Shown here piece after piece: positions 62,783 to 64,000 of a stretch of DNA of 64,000 bases (position 1 is the first letter of the stretch; each line of letters starts with the position of its first letter). The position numbers and the translations under genes are program-made. The DNA comes from an uncultured Porphyromonadaceae bacterium (lineage in GTDB: Bacteria; Bacteroidota; Bacteroidia; Bacteroidales; Muribaculaceae): the NCBI GenBank assembly GCA_947176935.1, contig CAMWSP010000001.1, forward strand, positions 20 through 64,019, written 5' to 3'. The notes beneath the pieces are model-generated. The model was not told where the DNA came from. It was given only the letters and a program-made list of their open reading frames with translations, and searched no databases.

Positions 62783-64000
62783 ATGACTTTCAAAAAATCG
62801 CTATTCTTTTTAACCATGACCTGCGTGGCCGCCGCTGCTGCGGTGGCCGCACCCGGTCGGCAGTCGGAAACGCCTGTCCGGCCGGAGGGCGACGAACTGA
62901 CGGTTGACGATATTCTCCCGGAAGATTCCGTGGAGGCCGACACCGTTGTTATCATCACACCGGACTCGCTGGCTAAGCTCGCAACCGAGCAATACAGCGC
63001 TTTCCGGCTCCGCAAACTCAACGACGAGGATAAGGAAACCCTCTATCCGGCGGCTCTCGAGCTGAACCGGCAAACCATTGAGACCCTCCGGCTGCAAACG
63101 CCCGGAACGCTCGGCTACTTCCGCTGCAAGGATATTCTCAAGCAGCTCAATAGCGACCTTTTCCGCGGCGCGTTCTATTATTCAAACCGAAACCGGCAGG
63201 CCGAGCTCAAAACCTTTGCGCGCGAGTATCTCGACACCCAGATGCTCGACGAGATGGCCGACGTTCCCTGGAACCGCGATCCGGAAGTGTTCCCGACAAT
63301 GTGCTTCATAGCCGTTTCCGACGCCAATAATACCCGTGATTTCGAGAAGGCCATAAACTATTCCAAGCTCTATCTTTCAACCGGCGAAACCGCCCGGCGC
63401 GAAAATGTTTACCGCTGCCTGGGCGCCGCCGCGCTGGAGTCTAAAAACTATCCGGTCGCTATTGCGTTCATGCAGGAAGCCATAAAGCAATATCCGGTAA
63501 ACGAGGAGTTTGCCACAATCGGTATTCATGCCTGCATTGACGGCGGCCACGCTCAGTTCCTGCAAACATTTCTGACCCACGCGTTGGCTCTCCGGCCCAA
63601 CGATATTCAGTTGCTGATTCTTCAGGCCAAGCTCTATGAGGACCATTTGAATTATCGCGGGGCCATCGATGTTTATAACACCATCGAGCAGATTTCACCC
63701 AACATGCTCAACATTGCCAAACATTCCGGCAAGTGTTACTACAACATGGGCGTTCTGGCGTTCAACCGCGCCAAAAACGAACAGAATGAAAAGGACGCGA
63801 AGCGCGAGCGCCGCCAGGCCCGCAACTATTTCGACGCTGCGGTGCAGAAGTTCCGCGCCGTACTCGAAACCGACCCGACTGCGGTTAAATATCTTCGCGG
63901 CATGGGAGTGTGCTTCCTCTGCCTTGAAGACAAATCTTCGTTCGCCGAGGTCAACACGCGCCTTTCGGCAATGGGTGAGGACCCGCTGGAAAATGTGTTT
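62783..64000 (+). CDS. exported TPR-like repeat protein (3' end beyond the window)
   Basis: Open frame from ATG 62783 to the window end, absent from the track because it has no stop in the window. Signal-like N-terminus MTFKKSLFFLTMTCVAAAAAVAAP. Helical repeats follow (FEKAINYSKLYL..., YPVAIAFMQEAIKQYP, YRGAIDVYNTIEQISP). Confidence 0.5.
   Translation, partial: MTFKKSLFFLTMTCVAAAAAVAAPGRQSETPVRPEGDELTVDDILPEDSVEADTVVIITPDSLAKLATEQYSAFRLRKLNDEDKETLYPAALELNRQTIETLRLQTPGTLGYFRCKDILKQLNSDLFRGAFYYSNRNRQAELKTFAREYLDTQMLDEMADVPWNRDPEVFPTMCFIAVSDANNTRDFEKAINYSKLYLSTGETARRENVYRCLGAAALESKNYPVAIAFMQEAIKQYPVNEEFATIGIHACIDGGHAQFLQTFLTHALALRPNDIQLLILQAKLYEDHLNYRGAIDVYNTIEQISPNMLNIAKHSGKCYYNMGVLAFNRAKNEQNEKDAKRERRQARNYFDAAVQKFRAVLETDPTAVKYLRGMGVCFLCLEDKSSFAEVNTRLSAMGEDPLENVF

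Overview
The window looks like a chromosomal segment of a Bacteroidota genome, probably Bacteroidales-like. It is GC-rich by eye; I did not compute GC. Support for the phylum call: many TAnnTTTG -7 promoter boxes, a GldH lipoprotein, T9SS-type C-terminal tails, and an rpmB-rpmG-DUF4295 trio.

The window is densely coding, with about 64 protein genes, many joined by ATGA or TGATG stop/start overlaps. Most are housekeeping: queDE, a CCA-type nucleotidyltransferase, rny, zapA, rnhB, recX, prmC, rpmB/rpmG, guaB, pflAB, two thioredoxins, dnaE, lpxB, pyrH, recF, rsgA and miaA. I found no rRNA, tRNA, CRISPR array, transposase or integrase.

Accessory or unusual content:
- An ECF sigma operon that ends in a 1660-aa alpha-2-macroglobulin-like gene.
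- A four-gene glycosyltransferase patch containing two paralogous GT2 genes.
- A lower-GC SDR/AraC/flavodoxin islet next to an ATPase-less TolC-HlyD-ABC2-ABC2 pump. Exported flavodoxin-fold proteins accompany it, one with a T9SS tail.
- A frameshifted CMD-cupin gene.
- An AT-rich RelE-like toxin-antitoxin islet with an orphan terminator.
- A CotH kinase-like T9SS cargo protein.
- An ABC-F gene carrying an in-frame TAG and a degenerate second ATPase site.
- My best candidate for an undescribed system: a co-directional CHASE2 (no output domain) / FecR-DUF4384-like / WD40-OmpA-like / TPR module at 58.5-64 kb.

All family assignments come from motifs read in the supplied translations. No similarity search, HMM scan, RNA folding or composition calculation was run. 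Coordinates include stop codons.
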